From a virus, in IMG/VR virus record IMGVR_UViG_3300042564_003366, positions 8,400 through 72,399 of that record: 64,000 nucleotides of DNA. One strand, written 5' to 3'. The translations under genes and the position numbers were made by a program. The stretch's first letter is position 1, and every line of letters begins with the position of its first letter. Of the stretch, positions 31,701 to 39,542 are shown piece after piece. Under the pieces are notes generated by a model. It was given only the letters and a program-made list of their open reading frames with translations. It was not told where the DNA came from and searched no databases.

Positions 31701-32112
31701 ATTTTATCAAGTTTTATGGGGTGCTGGTTATACTAATACTATTGGAACTATCGCATATTCTTGTGCTGGTGTTACTATCCAATCTAGTACTGGTACTTTA
31801 AGTGCAACAGTATTAACAGAAACATCAACAATAAGAATAAAAGAAAATATTGAAGAAATTCAGAATCCTTTAGATATAGTTAAAAAACTAAGAGGTATTA
31901 AGTATAATAAAATAGGAAATGATAACAAAGAAATTGGTGTTATTGCTGAAGAAGTCAACGATATTTTAAGTGAAGTTGTTGTTAAAGACAACGAAGGACA
32001 ACCATCTTCTGTTTCTTATGGTAGATTAACTGCATTATTAATTGAGGCTATTAAGGAACAAGATAAACAAATTGAAATTTTAAGAAAAAGGATTGATGAT
32101 TTAGAAAAATAA
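28717..32112 (+). CDS. tail fibre: collagen-like G-X-Y segments, six-bladed Kelch-type propeller, C-terminal S74 intramolecular chaperone
   Basis: N-terminal ATT.N....TIDG..L..NDRVLV..Q....ENGIY phage fibre module, 47 + 29 G-X-Y triplets, six TEEYNGTSW repeats, C-terminal STIRIKENI...IGVIAEEV...VSYGRLTALLIEAIKE. Confidence 0.88.
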   Translation: MPTRVNFGSQIKLSPIEVACKFATTTNVSFSGISTIDGFSLTTNDRVLVWQQILPEENGIYIVSGDTNLVRANGAKVATDFKIGQQVFVYSGSTNGEKLFYLKTNVTTIGVSPIVYDVFAGLSGSSGTSGSSGTSGGTGSSGASGSSGTSGTDGTSGSSGTSGTDGTSGSSGTSGTDGTSGSSGTSGTDGTSGSSGTSGTDGTSGSSGTSGTDGTSGSSGTSGSSGTSGSSGTSGTDGTSGSSGTSGSSGVTGTSGSNGTSAFIVSSASTPSPVNLDSSCYWYDTTNKLPMVSYYGFGNINSWSAGGAMITARLLLEGAGTQNAGLAVGGYTNAMPGVSCTEEYDGTSWSAGGALITARYTLAVAGTQNVGLASGGFTNVNVSCTEEYNGTSWSAGGAFITARSSLAGAGTQNEGLLVGGVLVSNPGVSCTEEYNGTSWSAGGAVITARYGLAGSGTQNEAFVAGGFTNAAVSCTEEYNGTSWLAGGAMITARRQLAGAGTQNEGIMIGGGTIGTFFSCTEEYNGTSWSAGGALIVARRGLAGAGTQSAGLAAGGTSNTNLTCTEEYSNFGLINSTGAGTSGTSGVSGSSGVSGSSGTSGAAGSMGPPGPNGAPGASGSSGTSGSSGSRGTSGVSGSSGTSGAAGSMGPPGPNGPPGPPGPAGASAGITSYTNPADNRVITSVNSTTINAESNLTFDGTTLIVTGNQQVTGGSYDSGITRINNPGGAFYTTTTATITGAFRIALPTASGGQFPMLQFTINIYRYSTGLSTRIRVGGHISSSLWYNVFAYAITDSAPNYNVRFGNNGGSDMYVWVGETSTVWEYPQIFITDFQNGYSAISSFWATGWAITPQTSFNTVQITRASALSLNTNNYTSYSPTLTGTGASGTWGISITGNADTVDGFSASQSTIANGIVVRDANGYIFGNYINLTDDGNPGGGTSISSFITKQGDNYYRSVSPTNAMVSIRGVASGTSWAIGVTGNAGSVTYLLNRTDSAFYQVLWGAGYTNTIGTIAYSCAGVTIQSSTGTLSATVLTETSTIRIKENIEEIQNPLDIVKKLRGIKYNKIGNDNKEIGVIAEEVNDILSEVVVKDNEGQPSSVSYGRLTALLIEAIKEQDKQIEILRKRIDDLEK
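29077..29499 (+). repeat. Pro-free collagen-like repeat, 47 uninterrupted G-X-Y triplets (GTS/GSS/GTD)
   Basis: Gly at every third residue, with a degenerate 36-bp period (GTSGSSGTSGTD). Confidence 0.9.
30451..30711 (+). repeat. second collagen-like repeat, 29 G-X-Y triplets including GPP/GPN/GAP
   Basis: Direct translation. Contains a duplicated GSSGTSGAAGSMGPPGPNG unit. Confidence 0.9.
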
Positions 32113-32138
32113 ACTATTTTTAAATAAAATGAAAGGAA

Positions 32139-32381
32139 ATGAAAAAGTATTATCAAGTTGAAAACTATGGACACGGATTTATAACTCACCAAGAGAATGA
32201 AACGGCACATATTGCAGGTTTCCCAGGGAATATCTGGGTAACTGAAAACGTATCTTGGGCGCAAAGGGTTAATGCGGTGGAGAAGACAAAGGAAGAGGCT
32301 CAAGCAATTGTTGATGCTGCTGTTGCATCTTCATATACACCACCTAATAGCACAACTCCACCACCAATAATTTTACCTTAA
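32139..32381 (+). CDS. hypothetical protein (80 aa), fibre-associated
   Basis: ORF directly downstream of the fibre gene. Confidence 0.7.
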   Translation: MKKYYQVENYGHGFITHQENETAHIAGFPGNIWVTENVSWAQRVNAVEKTKEEAQAIVDAAVASSYTPPNSTTPPPIILP

Positions 32382-32389
32382 AAAAAAAT

Positions 32390-33073
32390 ATGAAAAAAGA
32401 ATTACAAATTACAGAAGACTTAAAAGAGATTGTAAGTGTTTTGAATGAGGATGATGCACAAACCATTTTATTATTAAAAGACGAATTGGTTGATAATTGG
32501 CATAAAAAGCAGATTTTTAGAACAGAAACAGAAATGAGAGTTTCTGTTTTAAATGATGCAAAACATCCTACAAATGCTTCCAAATACTGGCAATCAGTAA
32601 GAGAAATGTCAGCACATTTTGATGCTTTGATGAATTTATCTTTTGATTTGAGGAAAAATACAGTAGACAACTTACGTCTTGATAAAAAGATGCAAGACTT
32701 ACTTGAAAATGAAGATGAGAATAAGTTTGATATTATGGATGCACAAATAGACCTCGATAGAAATTTATATGATAGGTCATGTATGTTGCAAGTTGCAAAG
32801 GATCGAGTTAGGGAATTGAGTCTATGGAGTACTATAAAGAGAGAATTAGATGATAGTTCTTTTGATGTAGAAAATGTAAATACGCATCAAGCGGAATCAT
32901 TACATAGATACTTTGAAAATAGGGTTAAATCTTTAAACGATTCATCTGCACCAGGCGAGATTATTAATGCTATGGGTCCTTATCTATCATTCAATAGATT
33001 GAAGACTGATGATGGAAAATTGAAAAACTTCTTGGGTGAAGTAACCGAGGATACAAAAAAGAAATTAAATTAA
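32390..33073 (+). CDS. hypothetical helical/coiled-coil protein
   Basis: 227-aa ORF in the fibre/modification operon. Confidence 0.75.
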   Translation: MKKELQITEDLKEIVSVLNEDDAQTILLLKDELVDNWHKKQIFRTETEMRVSVLNDAKHPTNASKYWQSVREMSAHFDALMNLSFDLRKNTVDNLRLDKKMQDLLENEDENKFDIMDAQIDLDRNLYDRSCMLQVAKDRVRELSLWSTIKRELDDSSFDVENVNTHQAESLHRYFENRVKSLNDSSAPGEIINAMGPYLSFNRLKTDDGKLKNFLGEVTEDTKKKLN

Positions 33074-33075
33074 TT

Positions 33076-33660
33076 ATGACCAATTTTATCTACACCAAAA
33101 AAAATGCAATATCTGCTAATACGTGTTATAACTTAATAAAAACATTTGAAGCGTCAGATTTAAAGCAGGCTGGTGTTTTATATGGACCGAATGGTGTATC
33201 ATCTAATAGTGATAAAAAATCAACAGATATAACTTTTGACCCATCCTTCCTAAAAAAAGAAGGATGGGCAATTTTATTAGAAGAAGTAATTGGAACAATT
33301 CAAAATGGTGTTTCAGATTATTTAAATAGGCATTCTACCGCAATGAGTAAAATGGATCCTATTGACTTATATACGTATTTCAATATGCAGAAGTATGAGC
33401 CAAATGAAGGGTTTTATGGCTGGCATTGTGAAAGAGCAGGCGTTAAGCATTCAGATAGGTTGCTAGTTTGGATGATATATTTAAATACTTTAACAGATAG
33501 AGGTGAAACAGAGTTTTTTTATCAGCAACATTTCGAAGAACCAGAGAGAGGAAAATTAGTTATTTGGCCTTCAGATTGGACACACTTACATAGAGGTGTT
33601 CCATCACCAACAGAAACAAAGTATATTTTAACAGGTTGGTTTACACACAATAAAGTATAA
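33076..33660 (+). CDS. 2OG-Fe(II) oxygenase (prolyl-hydroxylase-like)
   Basis: QKYEP.EGFYGWHCE, LVWMIYLN, GETEF, GKLVIWPSDWTHLHRG, KYILTGW. Confidence 0.9.
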   Translation: MTNFIYTKKNAISANTCYNLIKTFEASDLKQAGVLYGPNGVSSNSDKKSTDITFDPSFLKKEGWAILLEEVIGTIQNGVSDYLNRHSTAMSKMDPIDLYTYFNMQKYEPNEGFYGWHCERAGVKHSDRLLVWMIYLNTLTDRGETEFFYQQHFEEPERGKLVIWPSDWTHLHRGVPSPTETKYILTGWFTHNKV

Positions 33661-33664
33661 AGTT

Positions 33665-34261
33665 ATGGAATTTTCAATACATGAAGAAACTTGGTTTTCA
33701 ACACCTATTTGGGAATCAGAGGTTAAAAACATAAACAATGATGAAATTAAGGATTATTGTTTATGGTTAAGGGAAAATACAAGAGGTGCGACCATTTCAA
33801 ATAGAGGTGGTTGGCATAGTAGTGAAATTGCATTACCATTACCAAGTGATTTAACAAAATTATTTAGCAATCTTGAAATATTTGTTAATGAAAACTGTTT
33901 TAAACATTTGGGCATTGACAACTTGAAGTTTGGGAATTTTTGGGTTAATATTAATACACCAGGGTCTTATAACTTATTACACGATCACCAAAATAGCATA
34001 TTATCTGGCGTGTATTATGTATCAGTTCCATTTGATAATATGGGTGATTTGGTTTTACATAGAGGCGATAATGCGGAGTATTTTTTAAAATCAGATGTGG
34101 AAAGAATTAGCACAAAAACAAACTCATTTACATCAGTTAAAAAACCTATTGAATCTTTCTTTTATATCTTTCCATCTTGGGTTAAGCATCATGTTGAATC
34201 AAATGAATCACAAGGCGAGAGAATATCAATAGCGTTTAATTTTGTACCTAATAATAAATAA
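33665..34261 (+). CDS. putative 2OG-Fe(II) oxygenase (TIGR02466-like)
   Basis: FSTPIW, SNRGGWHS, WVNIN.PGSYN..HDH.NS.LSGVYYV, IFPSWVKHHV, RISIAFN. Confidence 0.88.
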   Translation: MEFSIHEETWFSTPIWESEVKNINNDEIKDYCLWLRENTRGATISNRGGWHSSEIALPLPSDLTKLFSNLEIFVNENCFKHLGIDNLKFGNFWVNINTPGSYNLLHDHQNSILSGVYYVSVPFDNMGDLVLHRGDNAEYFLKSDVERISTKTNSFTSVKKPIESFFYIFPSWVKHHVESNESQGERISIAFNFVPNNK

Positions 34262-34264
34262 AAT

Positions 34265-34903
34265 ATGAACGCACAAGTCTATTCTTTATTTCCAACACCA
34301 TTATATGTTGCAAATTATGACAAAGATATTAAAGAAGTAATTGATTATTTTGATAAGTGTGAAATGTTGGACACAAAGAGTGGTTATGGGATGATATCAA
34401 AAAATAGTTATATATTAGATAATCCGATATGTGATGATTTGAATAAATTTCTAATGTCTTGTTTTGAAGATTTTGCAACAAACATTATGAGATATAGGTT
34501 TAAAGAATTGGCATTTGCTCAATCTTGGCTAACATACAAGAACCCAAACCAGTTTCATAAAGCCCATACACATCCAAATACATTATTGGCTGGAGTGTTC
34601 TATTATGATGCACACGAGGATGATGCTGCAATATGCTTTTCAAAAGAAGTGAAGTCATTTAATAGATCATACTTTGAACCATCATTAATTGATGATTATC
34701 AAAATCATATTTTTTCACAAGAAGAGATATATTATATGCCAAAGAAAAATGATTTTATTATATTCCCATCATGGTTGACACATGGTGTACCACCAAATAA
34801 AACAAATAGAGTGAGGAAGGCATTAGGTGTCAATGCTTTAACAAAAGGCACATTAGGTGATAAAGAAACCATATCAGAAATTATATTTGGAAGATACGCA
34901 TGA
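34265..34903 (+). CDS. putative 2OG-Fe(II) oxygenase (TIGR02466-like)
   Basis: LFPTPLY, QSW, HKAHTHPNTLLAGVFY, IIFPSWLTHGVPPN, R.ALGVN. Confidence 0.88.
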   Translation: MNAQVYSLFPTPLYVANYDKDIKEVIDYFDKCEMLDTKSGYGMISKNSYILDNPICDDLNKFLMSCFEDFATNIMRYRFKELAFAQSWLTYKNPNQFHKAHTHPNTLLAGVFYYDAHEDDAAICFSKEVKSFNRSYFEPSLIDDYQNHIFSQEEIYYMPKKNDFIIFPSWLTHGVPPNKTNRVRKALGVNALTKGTLGDKETISEIIFGRYA

Positions 34904-35718
34904 AACAAAAGATATTTTTTAATTCAACATTACCGAGAAGTGGTAGTACATTACTTCAAAATTTGCTGGGACAAAATCCTGAATTCTTTGTAACTCCGAC
35001 ATCAGGTCTAATTGATTTGATGTTAGGAGCAAGAATAGGTTATAATCAAAACTATGAATCAAAAGCAGGTGATACAGAAATGTGGAGAGAAGGCTTTTAT
35101 AAGTTTTGCTCATATGGAATTGATGGATATATAAAATCACAAACATCAAAACCATATTATTTGGATAAGAATAGAGTTTGGGCATTTTACTACAATTTAT
35201 TAACGCATATTGTAGAAAAACCAAAAGTATTGTACATGGTTAGAGATTTACCATCCATCTTCGCTTCAATGGAGAAGAAGTTTAGAATGAATCCTGACAA
35301 AGATGACGGAACCATGGATAATGTAAAGATGAAAGGAACTACAACACATAAGAGAGTTGAATTATGGGCTCAATCACATCCTGTAGGTTACTCATTAGAA
35401 AAATTATATCAGACTTTGCTGGATGGTACAGCAAGTAATTTTTTATTTATAAGATACGAAGATTTATGTATTAATCCAGAAAATGTTATGAAAAGCATCT
35501 ATCAATATTTGGAGTTGGATGAATTTAAACATAATTTCCAACATATAAATCAAGTTACAACTGAAAATGATGCAATACATGGAATATATGGAGACCACAT
35601 CATAAGGAATTCTCTTAAAATGTTGCCAAATGATTCGAAAGAAATATTAGGAACACATACCGTAGATTTGATTAAGGAAAATTATAAATGGTATTATGAT
35701 TTCTTTGGGTATAAATAA
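34900..35718 (+). CDS. PAPS-dependent sulfotransferase family protein
   Basis: 5'-PSB loop LPRSGSTLLQNLL, DKNR.W, 3'-PB MVRDLPSIFAS, IRYEDLC.NPE..MK.IY.YL. Confidence 0.88.
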   Translation: MKQKIFFNSTLPRSGSTLLQNLLGQNPEFFVTPTSGLIDLMLGARIGYNQNYESKAGDTEMWREGFYKFCSYGIDGYIKSQTSKPYYLDKNRVWAFYYNLLTHIVEKPKVLYMVRDLPSIFASMEKKFRMNPDKDDGTMDNVKMKGTTTHKRVELWAQSHPVGYSLEKLYQTLLDGTASNFLFIRYEDLCINPENVMKSIYQYLELDEFKHNFQHINQVTTENDAIHGIYGDHIIRNSLKMLPNDSKEILGTHTVDLIKENYKWYYDFFGYK

Positions 35719-35731
35719 AGTTGGGAGAGGA

Positions 35732-35739
35732 TATTTATA
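35732..35739 (+). promoter_or_regulatory. TATTTATA candidate late promoter
   Basis: Starts 23 nt before ATG 35755 (Kelch cluster). Confidence 0.6.
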
Positions 35740-35754
35740 ATAAAGTAAATTAGT

Positions 35755-36693
35755 ATGGCAAAATTACAGAGTAGTGAAATAGTAGGAGTAGCAAATAGAC
35801 CTGCAACAATATGTTCAAATACGATGTGCATTTGGTTTGACACAACTAATTTAAAAACGGTTATTTCCTATTGTGGTTATGGAGCAGGTACTTGGTCAGC
35901 AGGAGGTGCATTAATAATTGCAAGAGCATATTTTGGTGGAACAGGAACTCAGAATGAATCTTTAGTAGCAGGAGGTTCAGGTGTAACTGGAGATGCATCA
36001 TGTACAGAAGAATATAATGGAACATCATGGGCAGCAGGAGGTGGTCTTATAACAACAAGATATCATCATGCTTTATTAGGTACACAAAACGAGGGTCTTG
36101 CGGTAGGAGGATATGCTTATCCAACACCTGCGGTAAGATGTACAGAAGAGTATAATGGCACATCATGGTCAGCAGGGGGTGCTTTGATATCAGGAAATTG
36201 GCTGATTATGGGAGCAGGCACACAGAACGTTGGGCTTGTTGCTGGAAACGCATGTACTGAAGAATATAACGGTGCTTCTTGGTCGGTAGGAGGTGCTATG
36301 ATTGTAAATAGGAATTATTTAACAGGAGGTGGTACACAAAACGAGGCTTTTGCATCAGGTGGGGGTGGGCCAGTAAATTGTACTGAAGAATACAATGGTA
36401 TTTCTTGGTCAGCAGGTGGGGCAATGATAACTGCAAGGTATAATTTAGAAGGTAGTGGTGCTCAGAATGCGGGTATTGTAGCGGGAGGTATATCAAGTAC
36501 ATGGCTATCTTGTACAGAAGAGTACAACGGTAACTCTTGGTCAGCAGCTTCAGCAATTTCAACAGCTAAAAGAGGTTTAGCGGTTTCAGGTACACAACAA
36601 TCAGCTTTAGCAACAGGAGGTGTATCTAGTCAGTATTGGGGGGATACACAAGAATATAACAAATCATTCACAATAATAGATAGCATTCAATAG
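35755..36693 (+). CDS. Kelch-type six-bladed beta-propeller protein, paralogue 1
   Basis: Six W.AGG..I..R......GTQN....GG...CTEEYNG repeats after an AKLQSSEIVGVANRPATIC leader. Confidence 0.85.
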   Translation: MAKLQSSEIVGVANRPATICSNTMCIWFDTTNLKTVISYCGYGAGTWSAGGALIIARAYFGGTGTQNESLVAGGSGVTGDASCTEEYNGTSWAAGGGLITTRYHHALLGTQNEGLAVGGYAYPTPAVRCTEEYNGTSWSAGGALISGNWLIMGAGTQNVGLVAGNACTEEYNGASWSVGGAMIVNRNYLTGGGTQNEAFASGGGGPVNCTEEYNGISWSAGGAMITARYNLEGSGAQNAGIVAGGISSTWLSCTEEYNGNSWSAASAISTAKRGLAVSGTQQSALATGGVSSQYWGDTQEYNKSFTIIDSIQ

Positions 36694-36705
36694 ATATAAT
36701 ACAAT

Positions 36706-37656
36706 ATGGCAAAATTACAAAGTACAGAGATAGTAGGTGTTGCAAATAGACCTGCAACAATATGTTCCAATAGTGTTTGTATGTGGTTTGATACTACTAA
36801 TACTAAAATAGTTTTTTCATATTGTGGGTATAGTGGTGCAGGTGTCTGGTCAACGGGAGGTGCATTAATAATAGGAAGACAATCTTTAACAGGCGCAGGT
36901 ACTCAAAATGTGGGATTAGCTATGGGTGGTTTTTCAAATGCAGGGGTTGTTTCTTGTACAGAAGAATACAATGGCACATCTTGGTCAGCAGGAGGTGCTT
37001 TGATAACAGGAAGATATGATGGGGGAGGATTAGGAACTCAAAATGAGGGATTAGCCGTAGGAGGTACTACAAATACAGGTGCTGTTTCATGTACAGAAGA
37101 ATATAATGGCACATCTTGGTCAGCAGGTGGCGCACTTATAATAGGAAGATTTTATTTAGCAGGGGCAGGAACTCAAAATGAGGGATTAGTTATGGGAGGG
37201 TTTTCATCTTTGCGATGTACTGAAGAATATAATGGTACAAGTTGGGCAGTAGGCGGTATATTAATAACGGGAAGACATCATATAGCAGGTGCAGGAACTC
37301 AAAATGTGGGGTTAGCTATGGGGGGGGTAACATTATCATGTACTGAAGAATATAATGGCACATCTTGGTCAGTGGGTGGTGCAATGATAATAGCAAGAAG
37401 AGGTTTAGCAGGGGCAGGAACTCAAAATGAGGGATTAGCTATGGGAGGGCAAACCCCTTCATTTGTATCTTGTACAGAAGAATATAATGGTACAAGTTGG
37501 TCAGCAGCTGGTGTGTTAGCAACAGCAAGATATAACTTAGGAGGGGCAGGTACACAGTGTGCAGGACTTGCTATTGGAGGAAATGCTACGGGTAATAGAG
37601 TTGGAAACACAGAAGAATACACTAAACCATTAGCAATAATAGACTGTATTAAATAG
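36706..37656 (+). CDS. Kelch-type six-bladed beta-propeller protein, paralogue 2
   Basis: Same leader and six repeats. Confidence 0.85.
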   Translation: MAKLQSTEIVGVANRPATICSNSVCMWFDTTNTKIVFSYCGYSGAGVWSTGGALIIGRQSLTGAGTQNVGLAMGGFSNAGVVSCTEEYNGTSWSAGGALITGRYDGGGLGTQNEGLAVGGTTNTGAVSCTEEYNGTSWSAGGALIIGRFYLAGAGTQNEGLVMGGFSSLRCTEEYNGTSWAVGGILITGRHHIAGAGTQNVGLAMGGVTLSCTEEYNGTSWSVGGAMIIARRGLAGAGTQNEGLAMGGQTPSFVSCTEEYNGTSWSAAGVLATARYNLGGAGTQCAGLAIGGNATGNRVGNTEEYTKPLAIIDCIK

Positions 37657-37666
37657 AATATACAAT

Positions 37667-38638
37667 ATGGCAAAATTACAGAGTAGTGAAGTTGTTGGAG
37701 TAGCAAATAGACCTGCAACAATATGTGTAAATACGGTATGTTTATGGTATGATACTACTAATTTAAAACCAATGGCATCTTATTGTAGTAGGAGTGGAGC
37801 AGGTGTCTGGTCAGCAGGAGGTGCGTTGATAACAGGAAGAAGAGAATCTGGTGGTGGAGGTGCTCAAAACGAGGCGTTTATAGTTGGTGGTTATATTAAT
37901 ACACATCTTACGTGTACAGAAGAATATAATGGAACATCATGGGCAGCAGGGGGTGGTCTTATAACATCAAGATACACTTTAGCTGGTGCAGGTTCACAGA
38001 ATGTTGGGTTAGCTATTGGTGGATATACAACTGGGTATGTTGGTTGCACAGAAGAATATAACGGCACATCGTGGACAGCAGGTGGAGCATTAATTACTGT
38101 AATTGGTTATCAAGCAGCAGCAGGGACACAAAACGAAGCGGTTATAGGTGGTGGATATAACCAAACTCCAAGTGGTGGACCTAGAGTTTGTACCCAAGAG
38201 TATAACGGTACAAGTTGGTCAACAAGTAATAATATGATAACCGCAAGATATGTTCTTTCTGGAATGGGTACACAGAACTCTGGACTTGCTGCTGCTGGTT
38301 ATTCAACCGCTTGTACTAGTTGTACTGAGGAGTATAATGGAACATCATGGTCAGTAGGGGGTGCATTAATAAATTCAAGGTGGGCTTCTGCGGGTGCTGG
38401 AACACAGAACGAGGGGTTAATTATGGCTGGTTGGATAGGTTCGCCAATATCATGTACAGAAGAATATAATGGGAATAGTTGGACTACCGCAAACCCGACT
38501 ATTGTTGCAAGAGCGACTTATTGGGGGGCTGGTAGTCAAGGTAGTGCTTTAATAGGCGGTGGTTATACGCCAACGCATGTTTCTTGCACCGAAGAATACC
38601 TAAAATCATCATACACAATAGTAGATTGTATCTTATAA
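37667..38638 (+). CDS. Kelch-type six-bladed beta-propeller protein, paralogue 3
   Basis: Same leader and six repeats. Confidence 0.85.
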   Translation: MAKLQSSEVVGVANRPATICVNTVCLWYDTTNLKPMASYCSRSGAGVWSAGGALITGRRESGGGGAQNEAFIVGGYINTHLTCTEEYNGTSWAAGGGLITSRYTLAGAGSQNVGLAIGGYTTGYVGCTEEYNGTSWTAGGALITVIGYQAAAGTQNEAVIGGGYNQTPSGGPRVCTQEYNGTSWSTSNNMITARYVLSGMGTQNSGLAAAGYSTACTSCTEEYNGTSWSVGGALINSRWASAGAGTQNEGLIMAGWIGSPISCTEEYNGNSWTTANPTIVARATYWGAGSQGSALIGGGYTPTHVSCTEEYLKSSYTIVDCIL

Positions 38639-38666
38639 TTTACATACAACAAAAAATAGTTTTAAT

Positions 38667-39542
38667 ATGAATAAATACATTGTTTGGCACATTCAAGGTG
38701 GATTAGGAAAGAATGTTGCAGCAACAGGATTACCAAAGACAATAAAAGAAGTATATAGTGACAGAAAACTTATAATGGTTGTATCGTATCCCGAAGTTTT
38801 CCTAAACAATCCTTATGTTGATAGGGTTTACCCATTAGGTAATTGCCCCTACTTTTACGAGGATTTTATAGAGAATAAGGATACCCTTGTTTTTAGGCAT
38901 GAGCCGTATCATCAGACAGGACACATACACAAGACAAAGCATTTAATAAGTAATTGGTGTGACTTACTTGGAATAGAATACAGCAATCAAATACCTCAAT
39001 TATATCCTAATTACTCAGAAAAGATAAATGCGAAGAAATGGTTTAGGGATAAGCCAGTTGTGATATTGCAGACATCTGGTGGAGAGTTAGAATCAAAGAA
39101 TATATATTCGTGGTGTAGGGATATGCCACAAGATATTGCACAAATGGTTGTGGATAAGTATAAGGATTCACATAATATATTTCACATAACGAGGCAAGGG
39201 GGTTATGTTTTGAATGGTGTGGAGAGGGTTGATATGAAGTTATCCAATATGGAGTTATTTGGTATGTTGACCGTATCATCAAAGAGATTTTTGATTGATT
39301 CATCTTTGCAACATGCAGCGGTTGCGATTAATTTACCATCGGTAGTATTTTGGGTTGGAACATCCCCCCAGGTTTTTGGTTATGGTATTCATACAAATAT
39401 TGTGGCGAACAAGATTAACAATAAGAATCATTTGATTGGATCTTATTTATTTGATTTCCAGTTTGATTACAATATTTATGAGTGTCCGTATAGCAGTTTG
39501 GAGGAGATGTTTGATTTGGAGAAGGTGGTTAGTGTGTTATAG
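38667..39542 (+). CDS. GT9 (heptosyltransferase)-like glycosyltransferase
   Basis: GGLGKN..AT...IK..Y......PEVFLNNPYVD and IDSSLQHAAVAINLPSVVFW...P..FGY. Confidence 0.75.
   Translation: MNKYIVWHIQGGLGKNVAATGLPKTIKEVYSDRKLIMVVSYPEVFLNNPYVDRVYPLGNCPYFYEDFIENKDTLVFRHEPYHQTGHIHKTKHLISNWCDLLGIEYSNQIPQLYPNYSEKINAKKWFRDKPVVILQTSGGELESKNIYSWCRDMPQDIAQMVVDKYKDSHNIFHITRQGGYVLNGVERVDMKLSNMELFGMLTVSSKRFLIDSSLQHAAVAINLPSVVFWVGTSPQVFGYGIHTNIVANKINNKNHLIGSYLFDFQFDYNIYECPYSSLEEMFDLEKVVSVL

Noticed and set aside
28070-35718. DNA hypermodification cluster
   Set aside because: Not excluded, but the oxygenases look PKHD/TIGR02466-like rather than TET/JBP-like. No nucleotide kinases or thymidylate synthase homologues are adjacent, and the context is fibre genes.
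36691-36708. Stop-codon readthrough or recoding fusing Kelch paralogues 1 and 2, which are in frame
   Set aside because: TAG is followed two codons later by TAA. Long genes are intact under the standard code, so there is no sign of TAG/TGA reassignment.
35755-38638. CRISPR-like regular repeats (tgtac.gaagaatataatgg.acatc.tgg) with variable intervening sequence
   Set aside because: The repeats are in-frame Kelch blades with synonymous variation and a ~130-140 bp period inside intact ORFs. No cas genes are present.
29554-38638. Diversity-generating retroelement or shufflon acting on the propellers
   Set aside because: No reverse transcriptase or site-specific recombinase in the window. Differences are not adenine-specific and include indels, and all copies are in direct orientation.
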